From Chiloscyllium plagiosum (lineage: Eukaryota), in the NCBI RefSeq assembly GCF_004010195.1, contig NC_057719.1:9587112-9651111 (forward strand): 64,000 nucleotides of DNA, given 5' to 3'. Positions 50,973-64,000 of this stretch are shown here, piece by piece. The notes below the pieces were generated by a model. It made no database searches and had not been told where the DNA came from. It saw only the letters and a program-made list of their open reading frames with translations. How positions within the stretch are numbered: position 1 is the first letter of the stretch; every line of letters starts with the position of its first letter. The translations under genes were made by a program, and so were the position numbers.

Positions 50973-51543
50973 CATAGAACATAGAACATAGAACAATACA
51001 GCACAGAACAGGCCCTTCGGCCCACGATGTTGTGCCGAACATTTGTCCCAGCTTAAGCATCTATCCATGTAGCTATCCAATTGCCGCTTAAAGGTCACCA
51101 ATGATTCTGCCTCTGCCTCTCCCACAGGCAGCGCATTCCATGCCCCCACCACTCTCTGGGTAAAGAACCTACCCCTGACATCCCCCCATACCTTCCATCC
51201 TTCACCTTAAATTTATGTCCCCTTGTAACACTCTGTTGTACCCGAGGAAAAAGTCTCTGACTGTCTACCCTATCTATTCCCTTGATCATCTTATAAACCT
51301 CTATCAAGTCACCCCTCATCCTTCGCCGTTCCAATGAGAAAAGGCCTAGCACTCTCAACCTATCCTCGTACGGCCTATTCTCCATTCCTGGTAAATCTCC
51401 TCTGCACCCCCTCCAAAGCTTCCACATCTTTCCTAAAATGAGGCGACCAGAACTGCACACAGTACTCCAAATGTGGCCTAACCAAAGTCCTGTACAGCTG
51501 CAACATCACCTCACAACTCTTGAATTCAATCCCTCTGCTATTG
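50973..51543 (-). mobile_element. Young CR1 3' fragment
   Basis: ORFs 51095..51460 and 51375..51635 ([13 protein letters not shown]); (catagaa)n tail. Confidence 0.9.
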
Positions 51544-53669
51544 AGGGACAGTGTGGGGAGAGACAGGGGACAGGGCAGAGCAATCCCTCTCCTTGCTTCT
51601 TCTTCAAGACAAGGGCATGTAGTTTCTTTTTCCATTCATCCACATAGGCAGATGAGGCTTCAGTTTGATGTCTCAACTGAAAGAGAGGAACACCGATAGT
51701 CCCTCAGCACCCGCACTTGAATGTGTGGGACCTCGGAGTAAAAGTTCACAGATCTCTGAAGGTAGCAAGACCAGTCAATAAGTTGGCTAAGAAGACATAT
51801 GGAGTCCTTATTGGGATGGAAGGACTGAGGTATGAAGAGAAACTGGATCAGTTATGACTGTGTTCACTGCAGTTAAGAAGAACATTGGGGAAATCTCAAA
51901 AACTTATAAATTCTAACAGGACCCACAATGGGGTGGGTCTGGGTGGGATCCTTGTTAGAGGGTCAGTATTGACTCAATAGGCCAAATGACCTGCTTCCAC
52001 GTTGTAGGGATTCTATGATTTCAACGATTCTACGACTAGACAGAGTATATCCAGGAGGGATGTTCCTGGGGCTGAGCAGTCCAGAACCAGGGGGTCACAG
52101 ACTAAGGATATAGGGTAGGCCATTTAGTACTGAGATGAGGAGAATTTTTTTCACCCAGAGAGCAGTGAGGCTTATGGTTGAGGCCAAAACATGGAACGTT
52201 TTCAAGATGGAGTTAGAAATAGTTCTTGATGCTAAAGGAATCAAAGGGAATGAGACGAAAGAGGGTACAGAGGTCTATGCTGGATGATCAGCCATGATAT
52301 ATTGAATGACTGAGCATTTTCAAAAGGCCAAATGGCCTTCTCCTGCTCCCACTTTGTCTGTTCCAAGATTAACCGAGATATAAGATACAAGTTCAAGGAA
52401 GTTAGATTGAAAGTACACTAAACACTAGTTATGTCACAGCTAGAGTATTGTGTTCAATTCTGGTCTTTCTTCATTCATTCATTCCAGAAAGGATATAATT
52501 ACACCAGAGACAGAACAGAGAGATTTACAAGAATCAAGGATTGAAAAAATACAGGTCTATGGAAAGAGTGGACAGGCTCGAGGATACTCATTGGAACAGA
52601 GTAGGTTGAGGTCAGGTTTGAGGTCCACAAGGTTGTTTCAGTCCTGAATAGAATGAATAGAAAGGGGCTACTTACATTAGCAGAAGGGTCAATGACTAGG
52701 GTGCATAGGTTTTAATTGTCTGATCAAAAGGTTAGAGAGGAAATGTGGAAAAAAGAATGATTCACACTCAGGGTAGTAAGGGTTTGAAAGTCACTGCCTG
52801 AAGGTGTAATAGAGAGTGAAGCCCTCAAATTAGTCAAAAGGATAAACATGTGTAACCGACAGAACAACAGACTCGATGCTGGAAAGTAGGCTGGGTGGCT
52901 AGTGCAGAAATGATGGGCCAAGTGGATACTTTCTGTGTGATGAACAGCCTGAGGCCCTAGGAATGATTGCCTTGATTCTTGTACGCAAGCCCTGGAGTGG
53001 GACTTGAACCCTGAAATTTGTGACTCAGAGGTGCGAGAGTGCTACGAGATGAGTGCTAAAGTGCACAACATAACCCACTGGATTTCAGAACTGCCACTCC
53101 AATCTGTTCTTCTGTCTTTATTAAACCCTTTCCTTTCTTTCAACATTCTGCCATTATTATTGTGTTTGGCACTGCTGTGAACTTAATCCTGAGCTTCAAA
53201 CATATTATTCTACATGTTCCTTATCTGGGCTCCTTGAATCTTTAATGAAGTCAGGTTTCTCATCTCCTACTCATTCCTGGCACATCTACAACATGAAGTC
53301 CCTTGCCCTTGCTTTCAGACTTCTCTACCTTTCAGAAGTTAGAGGCTTATGTCTGGGGATGCAGAGCATTACCATCCTTATAGGTTTAATTCCCACACCA
53401 GCTGAGGTTACCATGAAGGATTTCTTGTTCCTTTGGGACTATGGTGACTTTATCTCTACAACCTTGGAAAACTCAAACTTGCTGCACCTTAAAGACTCAT
53501 CTCACTGCCTGCAATTTAATAATGGTTCTGCTTTGAAACACTTCACTCTTCAGTCATATTACTTAACACATGAAAAAAATTGAACATTATTGTATAAGTC
53601 AAGGTGTCTCAAATGCAAGTTTGAAGAGACAGTCATAATCTAATTGCAAACTGGACACTGCTGATTTCC

Positions 53670-54009
53670 TCATAGTTCCCCTACAGTGTGGAAACAGGCC
53701 ATTCAGCCCAACAAGTCCACACTGCTCCTCAGAAGAGCATCTCACCAAGACTCACCCTCCCTACCCTAACCCTGCATTCCCCATGGTTAATCCACCCTAA
53801 CCTACACATCTCTGAACATCATAGGCAATTTACCACAGCTAATCCACCTAACCTGCACATCTTTGGATTGTGGGACGAAATCAGAGCAAACCCACACAGA
53901 CACAGGGAGAATGTGCAAATGCCACACAGGTAATCACACAAGGCTGGAACTGAACCCAGTCCCTTGTGCTGTGAGGCAGCAGTGCTAACAACTGAGCCAC
54001 CGAGCTGCC
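53670..54009 (-). mobile_element. HE1-type SINE
   Basis: Reverse-complement copy with a duplicated internal segment. Confidence 0.8.
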
Positions 54010-54054
54010 ATAACCGATTTCAACCGATTGTTAGTGTACATTCTTCCTAAGAAC

Positions 54055-54562
54055 TAATTTGGTCTTGCCGTTATAGGAAAGATGTTTGTTAAACTTGAAT
54101 GGGTCTGGAAGAGATTTACAAGGATGTTGCCAGGATTGGAGGGTTCGAGCAATAAGGTGATGTTAATAGGCTGGGGCTGTTTTCCCTGGAACGTGAGAGG
54201 CTGAGGGGTAACCTTATAGAAGTTTATAAAATCATGAGGGGCATGGACAGGATAAATGGACAAGGTCTTTACTCCAGGGTAGGGGGCTCCAAACCAGAGG
54301 GCATAGGTTTCAGATGAGAGGGGAAAGATTTAAAAGAGACCTGAGGGGCAACTTTTTCATGCAGAGGATGGTGTAGCTATAGAATGAACTACCAGGGAAG
54401 GTGATGGAGGCTGGTGCAATTACATTTAAAAGGCATCTGATGGGTATATGAATAGGAAGAGTTTAGAGGGATAAGGGCCAAATGCTGGCAAATGGGACTA
54501 GATTAATTTAGGATGACTGGTTGGCACGGACGGGTTGGACAGAAGGAACGTTTCTGTGCAGC
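54055..54562 (+). mobile_element. CR1 3' fragment; further decayed CR1 pieces at ~34735-35120, 42500-43215, 51720-52930, 61170-61510, 63060-63785
   Basis: agatttacaaggatgttgccagg...gaggctgaggggtaaccttatagaagtttataaaatcatg. Confidence 0.8.
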
Positions 54563-57400
54563 ACAGCTCTGATTTCTCTTCACAGATGCTGCCAGACCTG
54601 CTGAGTCTTTCCAGCAATTTCTGCTTTAGGTTTCAGTTTTTCTTAAAAGACTGTTGCCTACATGTACTTCTCTCTTCAAATCCCATTCAAGTTGAGTTAA
54701 CTCCACCCACATCGTGCTATCTATGCCCCTTGGGAAGCAGCTCCCTGACATTATGGTATGTTTAGCCTTTACACAACATTTAGGAAACAAACCATAGTCA
54801 GAGATGTTCTTTTAAAAAAGAGAGAAGTTGTGATGTGAAGTTGTTCACGGAGACAGGAGGGACAATGACTCCAATGATATGGGATTAAATTTATGCTATT
54901 TCAGATGTTCTCTCCCTCTTGCTGTTGATGTGTTGTGGACTTTGTTGTCAGCCACCCTCAGGCACTAGGCTCACTATTTAATTGCTCATCTCAACAATTA
55001 CTACCAACAAGCTTTCTCAACTGGTCAGCACCTTGGGATCAAAAGAGAAAGCGTTCCACCGAACTGGAAAGTGACACATTAGCACTTGAAGATGCTCCAA
55101 TCCTTTCCATAACTGTGAATCTACTGTTTGCTCAATTCAGCTCACATAACTAATAATGTCACATTGAATCAAAGTCAAATTGTGGTGATGGAAGGAAAAA
55201 TAATATTTGAATTAGCACTGTCATCTTGCCAAACAAAGGACTGATTGTCTGTTTTAGCATCCTCTGTAACATTCCGGCTTGTCATGTCTATCAATGGGTT
55301 GAATTGCGGGAGCACTGCATTATCAGAGGTGCCCTCTTCTGCTGTGTGATTAATAATCTAAGGTGTTACCTGTCCTCTAGGATGGGTATAAATGACCCCA
55401 AGGCACTATTCAGAAGACATTTTAGATCACAGAATCCCTACAGTGTAAAACAGGCCATTCAGCCTGTCAGGTCTCCACTGACCCTCCAAAGAGGATCTGA
55501 CCCAGGCCTAATTCATCACTGCCCACAGCTTATTTTATCATACCTGGGGATTATGGGCAATTTACCATGGCCAATCCACCTAACGTGCACATTGTTTGAT
55601 TGTGGGAGGAAACCTACATCAGGTACAGGGAGAACATGCAAACTCCACACAGTCACCCAAGACTGAAATTGAACCCAAGTCCCTGGCACTGTGAGGCAGC
55701 AGTGCTAACCAACGAGCCAGCGTGCTGCTGTATGGATGTGGGGAACCAACCTAAACACATACCTAACAACAACAGAATGAACTTTGACACGAAATAAAGG
55801 TGATTAATTCATTGCCTTTCAGTCACATAATGCTTGTAGGAGAATCATGTCCACAAGAGGTTTTTTCTTTAATTCATTCATGGGATGTGGTTGTTACAGG
55901 CTGGGCCAGCGTTTATTGCCTGTCCTGAGCTGAGAAGGGAGTAATGAGCTGCCTTCTTGAACCACTGCAATCCCTGTGCTGTGGGTAGACCTGAAATGCT
56001 GTTAGGGAGGGAACTGACCCAGCAACAGTGAAGAATCTATTTCCATGTCACCTTCGCTTTCCAAATTGTTTGACTACTGTTGCACTGATTGGACGTGCTT
56101 ACCTTCAAGCAGTATGCTCATACATACTTGTCCCTAAAGATATTTCTCAGAACCTACCTCAGTTACCTCACCGAACCTGTATATGTGACTTAGTGTCAAA
56201 GGTTATCTGATAACTCTCTTGTGAAGCACTTCTGGTATTATTTCAATGATGTTGAAGTTGCGAGTTGCTGCTGCTTTTTAACTTCATTTTTGGGATGTGG
56301 ATATCATCTGTATTTATTGCCCATCCCTCATTGTCCTTGAGAAAGTTTCGGTGAGCTGCCTTCTTGAACTGCTGCAATCCATGTGGTTGTAGGTAGGCCA
56401 CTGTGCCCTTAGGGAGAGAATTCCCAAAATTTGACCCAGCGAATGAGCAGGAACAGCGATCTCTTTCCAATTCAGGATGGTGAGAGACTTTGAGGGAAAC
56501 TTGCACATGTTTCCACACAAGTTGCACCTGTTGATCATACTTAACACTCTATGGCATAACTCTTGACACAAGCAGGTATATATGAACTGTGCATGCAAAG
56601 CACTGCTGTCACTCAAGCCATCTGCTCAGTGAATAGCAATATACATAATTTACAGCAGAGGGATAGAGGGGGGTGAGGCTATGGAAGGATTTGAAATCAA
56701 GGACTTGCATTCCATGTGTGCTAGTGTGAGTCATTTGCAATTGCTTTCCCTTCATAAATTATTGATCACAAAATCCCTATAGTGCAGAAAGAGGCCACTT
56801 GAATCATTGGGTCTGCACCGACCCTCCAAAGAGCATCCCACCCAGACCCAAACCCCTACCAAATCCCCAGAATAATACCTACATATCCCTGATACTACTG
56901 GTGGTCAATCCACCTAGTCTACACAGCTTTGGACATTTGGAAGAACAAATTTCTGTGTTCAGTAATCTGCTAACCCCTTTTCCAGTCCAATGTACTTTCA
57001 ACATCGCACACAATGATGCAACAAGATCTGAATCATTGATGTTTCCAAAGCCGAAACCACTGGGGAGCGTGAAAATGGATGACATGGAACATTCCACCAC
57101 TTCCAGTTGGCTGTGACTGTTTTCAAACATAAATCAAAAGAAATGTTGGACAATGTGATAGAATTCCAGCTGCAATTCTTGAACATTGAACCATTCCATT
57201 CAAAGTTATTATATTTCACACTATATAATTCTTTCAATTGAAGACATTTGGGAGGTAAGGTATGGCAATTTTGTGCACAAAGTTACCTTACAGTTTCTTT
57301 TCAGCAACTTTAAGTTAAACTTGTTTTCTTTTGATTTGAACAATATTCAATCCCCTTTGAGTGGTCTCTCTAGGTTACACACATTGTGGTCTGAACTGTG

Positions 57401-57714
57401 TTTAGATTAGATTACATTACAGTGTGGAAACAGGCCCTTCGGCCCAACAAGTCCACACCGCCCCGCCGAAGCGCAACCCACCCATGCCCCTACATTTACC
57501 CCTTACCTAACACTACGGGCAATTTAGCATGGCCAATTCACCTGACCTGCACATCTTTGGACTGTGAGAGGAAACCGGAGCACCCGGAGGAAACCCACGC
57601 AGACACGGGGAGAACGTGCAAACTCCACACAGTCAGTCGCCTGAGGCGGGAATTGAACCCGGGTCTCAGGCGCTGTGAGGCAGCAGTGCTAACCACTGTG
57701 CCATCGTGCTGCCC
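57401..57714 (-). mobile_element. HE1-type SINE, young full-length copy
   Basis: Highly similar to the reverse complement of 5100-5411. Confidence 0.88.
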
Positions 57715-59589
57715 GAGTTCTTTCTTTGTTTGAAGTGGTTTCTAGGCCACATGCCTCTGCTTGGAACTGATGAGCAGACAGACTCAATGAGCCTTCAAGA
57801 AGCTAATAAGGTTGTTGCAGGAGCTGACTAATCTGACAGTCCCCATGTTGCAAACTGGTTCTATTCTGCAGTCCTTTTACAGGTGGATTTATACACAAGT
57901 CGGAACACAATGCAGGACAATACAAAGAAGCCAGTCGAGAGTACAGGAAATGTTTGTATGTCAGGTCTTTAAAGTTACATCTCTGTGTAGGACCGTATTT
58001 AAGTATTAGCATTCTTAAGACAGATGTTCATAAATCTTGAACACCCTCAAAATCCAGAAAGCCCTCCCATCATACATTTCCTGCTTTGTAGGAAAGTCTT
58101 GCAGAATTTGCTGCCACCCCTCCCAATACACGTTTCGAGTGTGCTGGCAGGTGGGGACTGTGCCTCCTGTCACTCTATTATTCTTTCTGACTCAAGTCTT
58201 TGATGGAATGGGGAATGATGGAACACTCCAGCAGTACTGAATTGATCTACACATACAGATAATGTAGTTCTGATACCTTTGTCTAAAATCTGCTGTTCCT
58301 TCCTAAGAAACACGTGCATTTTCTAATTTCTTATTTACCTTTTATTCTTTCATGGGATGTGGGAGCTGCTGCTGGGCTAGCTTTTGTTGCCCATCCCACA
58401 TTGTTGTGAGCTACCTTTTTGAACTGCTGAAGCCCACTTGGCGTTGGGAGAGTCACAGAGTTATGAGGGAGCCAGTTCCAGGATTGTGACACTGTCACAG
58501 TGAAGAGACAGCAATATATCACCACATCAGAATTGGAGTGTTGGTCGGAGGGGAAAATGTTGTTGGGGGGTGGGGGTCAATGCTCCACTCATGCTGTCCT
58601 TGTCCAATGGCGTAGGACCATCCCACACCACGACCAAGTGAGACTGGATATTGAATAACAACAGATTATTTCAGCGTAAGGGTCTCCTAGTGAAATGTGA
58701 CTTCCTTCCTTGCGTCTGGCCAAGCATTAGGAGTGGGACACCTCTTTCTCCTCCAGAGGCAAAGCCATCGATTATCCATCCCCAAACCACATGACAGCTG
58801 AAGTCAACTAACCCCATTGTGGGAATAACATCCAAAATACAGTTACAATCAAGGGATCATTATAGACAGAGTTTGAATGTTCTTTACACTGTCCTGAGAC
58901 GCAGGCATCGCTGGATATGCCCATTAATTGCACATTATTAACTGGCCTTGCATAGAGTGCTTTCTTAGGATGATTCACAGAGTATTTAAGAGCCAACTAC
59001 ATTGCTCTGGGTCTGTAGGTCAGACCAGGTAAGGACAGGTTTCCTACATTAAGGGACATCTATGAACCAGATGCGTCCTTTTGACAATTGATGGTAGTTT
59101 CATGATCAGCTTTACTGAGTGTAATTTAATTCCAGATGTATAACTGAATTTCTTCAGCTGACCTGGTAGGATTGGAATTCATGTTCTCAGCACATTCACT
59201 TGAGCCTTTGGATTACTGTTCCAGTGAAATTGCAACTAGGATACTATCTCCCCCCGAGTGGTAGACACTGGTGGCCTTCACTTATACCTCATTAGACAGG
59301 AACAGGAGAAGGTCATTCAGCCCATTAAGATTCAATAAAACCAGGGCTGATCAAACACTTCAATTGCCCCCATCCACAAATTCCTGTATGCCATTGGGAA
59401 ACACGTTCCATGATTGAATATCCTGCTGTTCCACATGGTCTAAGCACACACAAGAATGACCATGAGGAGGAAGTAATTAGGGGTAACTAATTGCACAGAA
59501 ATAAGACAGTATCAGCTACTGGTGTGTGCTCATGTGACCTTCTATCACTTATGAAACAGGCTTGCATGGGGTTTCAGCTGCACTGTTAG

Positions 59590-59950
59590 GCCAATCTCCC
59601 ATCTATAGAATCCATCTACCAGGCCCACTGTCAAGGAAAGGCCACCAGCATTCTCAAAGAACCATCTCATCCTGGCAATGTTTTTCTACAACCTCGAGCA
59701 CTGGGGAGAAGGTACAAAAGCCTGAACACACGCACCAGCCGGTTTCAAAACAGTTTCTACCCTACTGTTGTTAGAATACTGAATGGACTTACAAACTCTT
59801 TACATTTGCCTTTGTGTTTTTGTTTTTGCCGCTGTTTACCTATTATTTACTTATCTATGCTATTTAACTCTGTGGTCTGCCTGTATTGCTCACAAGACAA
59901 AACTTTTCACTGTGCCTCGGTACACGTGACAATAAAATCAATTCAGTTCA
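59590..59950 (+). mobile_element. Rex1/Babar-type LINE 3' end, second copy
   Basis: gagaaggtacaaaagcctg...aacagtttctaccctactgttgttagaatactgaat (RRYKSL...NSFYPTVVRILN); ends cacgtgacaataaaatcaattca. Confidence 0.75.
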
Positions 59951-62900
59951 GCTAACACTTGGTTCTAACAGACCAGGAAACCCTCCCACTCTTACTGTCT
60001 GCCATCGGCGTATCAGAAGGATTTAGAGATTAATAATTGATACTTTTGCCCATATTGTGAACACACTATCCAAGGCCATCAAAGTCTGAGATGGAACGGG
60101 AACTGATCCATCCAAACCAGAGGTTGGGACGGTACCAGTCGCCAAACACCCAGTCCTCTCAACTGAGTCGGAAACTTGAGGGTTTAAGCCCCACTTCAGA
60201 GAGCTGACAACAAAATCCAGGCTGACCTTTTTGGGCCACACCGAGGCAACAATTATGCCTTTTGGAGAAGACATTGGACTGATGCTCCCATCGCCCACTT
60301 AGAAGAATCCCATGGCAAAAGGGTTTTCTCCGATGTTCCAGCCAATACTGACCCCTACACAAACCCCTGCGCCCCCCCCAAAAAAACCAGTTCATCTGAT
60401 CATTGCCACATGTTGTTTTCGGGTCATGACCGTGTTCACATTGGATGTCATATTTCTACATTACAATCACAAGTGCAACTTATTGGCTATTAAGGGTTTT
60501 GCGACGTCCTGAGGTTGTCAAAAACTCGCGATGAATGGACGTCCTCCTTTATGGTTTTGTAAGCGAGTCTCTGGAATGAACTCACCATCTCCTCACTTAA
60601 AGGTAAGCAAGGTACCCCTGAAAAATACTTGGCATGCCAATTTCACCAGCACAGGAAACCCCACAGTGGCTAAAGAGATAAAGACCTGACTATGAATACT
60701 TTTCTAGTCATCCCTGTTTGTAACATCAGAAACTTATCACAATCGACTTTCACCGTGGCAAAGACTTGTCAAAACCAGTAACTAGCAATTCCTTCACTTT
60801 TGATTCTCTCTTTTATCCTTCAGCTTCTGTTGTCAAGCTTGTTTTTGCAGATGGTCCCTCTGCTTCATCAACTAGAGTCTTAGCCTTCAGTTATGAATCG
60901 AGACAATTATGTTCATCTCAATATTCAACAGCAGAGCATGTAGCAAAGACACCTTCACAATGTCAATGTGAGTATGTAATGATGGCAGCCTCAGCACAGT
61001 CAGAGTACCCATTCCTTTTCAATATCAATGAGGTAGACATTTTTGTGCAGTAGTGAAGGAGTGCTGCACAGTCATAAGTCTCCTTCTTTGGGCTGAAAGA
61101 AAGCACCATCTGCTGTCCTACGGGATACAAAAGATGACCCTGCACCATTCAAAGATGAGCCGGAGAATTCTCTCAAAAACCTGGTACAGACCTGAGAGTC
61201 CTGACTAAATATTTTCACTCGTAGGAGAGACTAGGGCTTAAGGGCACAGTCTCAGAGGGAAAGAACAACCCTTTATAACTGAGTTGAGGTGGGTGGTTAA
61301 TCTGTGGAACTTAATACAACAGAGGGTTGTGGTGGTCAAGCCATTGAGTGTTTTTAAGTCAGAGATATAAAGGTTCTTGATTGGTAAGGGGAGCAAGGGT
61401 TACAGGGAGAAGGCAAGGGAGAATGGGGTTGAGAAACATATCAGAAATGATCAAATGGTGGAGTAGATTTGATGGACTGAATGGCCTAATTCTGCTCCTA
61501 CATATTATAGCCTTGTGTTCAATATTTATCCCTTAACAGGCCAGGCTCGAACAAATAGTCGGTCATTTATCTGAACACTGTATGTTACGATGTGCTGTGT
61601 TTTCCTACAATCGTTGTGCTACACTGCACTGTCAAGGTCAGGAAAGGGGCTACATGAAAGCGTGCCCCTTTTACCTTTCTCCACCTGAGCCAAGGTAGTG
61701 TTAGTCCTCAAGCTAACACACAGGACGTCCATTCTTGTGTAGGGCTGGGGAGTATTTACAGGCACCAAAAATGAAGCTGTAAAAAAAAACTCTCCGCAAA
61801 TACTCAGGCGCCGGTCAGGAACTTCAGAACTAAAGAATAAATGCACCAATTCTGCGTGAGTATGTGAGTCCATGTGAGTATGTAAGCCTCAGCACAGTCA
61901 AAGTACCCATTCCTTTTCAATATCAATGAGGCAGACTTTTTTTTGTGCAGTACTGATGGATTGTGGGAGTCATATTCAAATACAAAGAGTGGAAGTGTTG
62001 CAATGAAACATCAAAACTTTACCTCTACTCCCTTCAGGCCTGACTTCCACTGGCAATAAATACAGTGGCCAATACCTATACATTTCCAATTGAATCCTTG
62101 CATCCATTTCCTCTATCAAGCTTGACACATAAGCCTCAGTGTTGCAGAGGCATTTTCAGTGGGATGAGGCATGCACAACGTTCTAGCGTGGAACGTGCTG
62201 TGGTTTATTGCTGTCGCTCTGAAAATGCTGAAGCCTGGCGTCTATGGATCACACAAAACAAAAGTGAGAACCAGATGCATCAGGCACTTTCACATGGATA
62301 GGACATCAATTAAGATAAACAGGATGACACATGGTGAGATGGAATTGGGGGGGCAAACTACATGGGAGAGCGACTTTTCACTCTCACCATGAATTATACT
62401 GAAACTCTCTTAGTCTTCAATGGACAAATTCAGTTATTAATTGGGTTTGTAGTCATCATGGTAATGAAGTGCTTTATTGGAGTGAAACAGTGGAGGAGAT
62501 TGAAAGGGTTTCATGAAAGTTAAAGCTGATACCACAAGCTGTTCTCCCCTAACAATAAAACAGACAGTCTCCACAGCACAGAGGGGCACCACTCAGCCCA
62601 CTGTGCCTGAGCTGCCTCTGAGAGTGAGCTATCCAATTTGTTTCATTCATTTGCCATTTCCCCACAGTCCTGCAAAGGTCCCCCCTCCATTCATTTTTGA
62701 AATGCACTATTGGACAGATACCAGCACCTGTTCAGGCAATGCTTTCCTGATCTAACAACTCACTGTATAAAAAGGACTTCAGATTGTGTTTGGCTCCTTT
62801 AGTCGATTACCTTCACAGAATCAGAGAACGATGATATTGCAGAAAGAGGCCATTTTGTCCATCCTGGTTCTGTTATCTAATCTGGCTCTATTACCACGAG

Positions 62901-64000
62901 TGCTAATCTCGTGTCTTTTCCCCAAATCCTTGCACACCATTACTATCTAAATGCCCTCAAATGAATCTGCATCCTCCACATTTCCAGGGAGAGCATACCC
63001 TCACTCCTTACTTTGTGAAAACATTTCTTTTATCGTCTCACCCTTACTCTGTTTGCACATCACTTTAAACTTTCAATCTGTGCTCTTTCTCTGACACTCC
63101 GGCTGGTGGAAAAGGTTTCTCTTTCTTTCCTTAAGGAAAAGGTCCATGATTTTGAATGTGCCCTTTGAGTCTCCCTTTAACCTTCTGTGCTCCAAGGGAT
63201 GTAAGCACAGCTTTGCATGTCTCTCCTTGTTCCTGAGATCCAGCAGTCCCAAGAGCATTCCAAGAAAACTCTTCAACAGCCTCTCTACAGCGCAGTGCTT
63301 GGAATTAGCAAAATACCCTCACCAGAGCCTAGCCCCAGTGATGTATGATAGTTTAACATCATTTCCTCACTTTTTGTATAAATTGTTTTTTTTTAAATTG
63401 TCCAGAAATGAAAACAGAAGCTGTGGTTTCTCCTTGGACACCACCCTACCAATCTCATTGAAACTTACAGAACACCGAGAGGCCTGGATAGACTGGACAT
63501 GGAGAAGATGTTTCTATCAGTAGAATAGACTAGGTCATGAGGGCACAGCCTCAGAGTGAAGGGACAACCCTTTAGAACTGAGATGAGGAGGAATTTCTTC
63601 AGTCAGAGGATGAAGACTATGGAGGCCAAGACATTGAGTGTATTTATGAAAGGGACAGATAGGTTCTTAATTAGGTGGGGGATCAAGAAGGCAGGAGTAT
63701 GGAGTTAAGAAACATATCAGCCATGATCGAATGGTGAAGCAGACTCAATGGGCTGAATGGCCTAATTCTGCTCCTATGTCCTACAGATACTCAACTCATT
63801 ATAGTCTAATTGTTCAGGCAAATGATAATATTTCAAATCAATCTGTTCAGAAATGCTCTTGCATGCCTTTGGAGCAGGTGAGACTTGAACCTGGCCTCAG
63901 GGCTAACTGCAGTAACCCTTAAATTCTGCCAGTCTCCATTGTGGGATTTCAATGTATTACACACGCCCCCACCCCACCCAGAGTGTTAGCCTGACCGCTA

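Noticed and set aside
3..63922. The many remaining 60-170 aa ORFs in the track
   Set aside because: They are translations of SINE, LINE or Penelope fragments, antisense frames of neurexin exons, or chance ORFs.

Overview
Vertebrate intronic DNA, almost certainly from a shark: it carries HE1-type tRNA SINEs, many CR1 LINE fragments, Penelope-like elements and Rex1/Babar ends. The whole window lies inside an alpha-neurexin gene on the minus strand, best matching NRXN3. Four constitutive exons of the LNS4-LNS5 region are present (46429-46548, 28909-29290, 26657-26847, 25516-25689), all GT-AG and phase-compatible. There is also a 27-nt microexon at 539-565 (VELIKANMQ) homologous to neurexin splice site 6, which the ORF track misses. 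The most unusual structure is a ~3.8-kb composite at ~17137-20912: a CR1 ORF1/endonuclease fragment, then two tandem 1665-bp units, each made of a full 120-nt 5S rRNA gene (minus strand), a spacer, and a CR1 RT/3'-UTR fragment lacking the catalytic FADD motif. It ends exactly at a CR1 tail. Other leads: a candidate unrecognised 18-nt in-frame neurexin microexon (50617-50634) with a ~140-nt AG-free pyrimidine tract, a read-through Ser-rich plus hydrophobic tail after the LNS5 exon, and minimal hammerhead ribozymes in Penelope repeats. Repeat boundaries are approximate and difference counts were made by eye.
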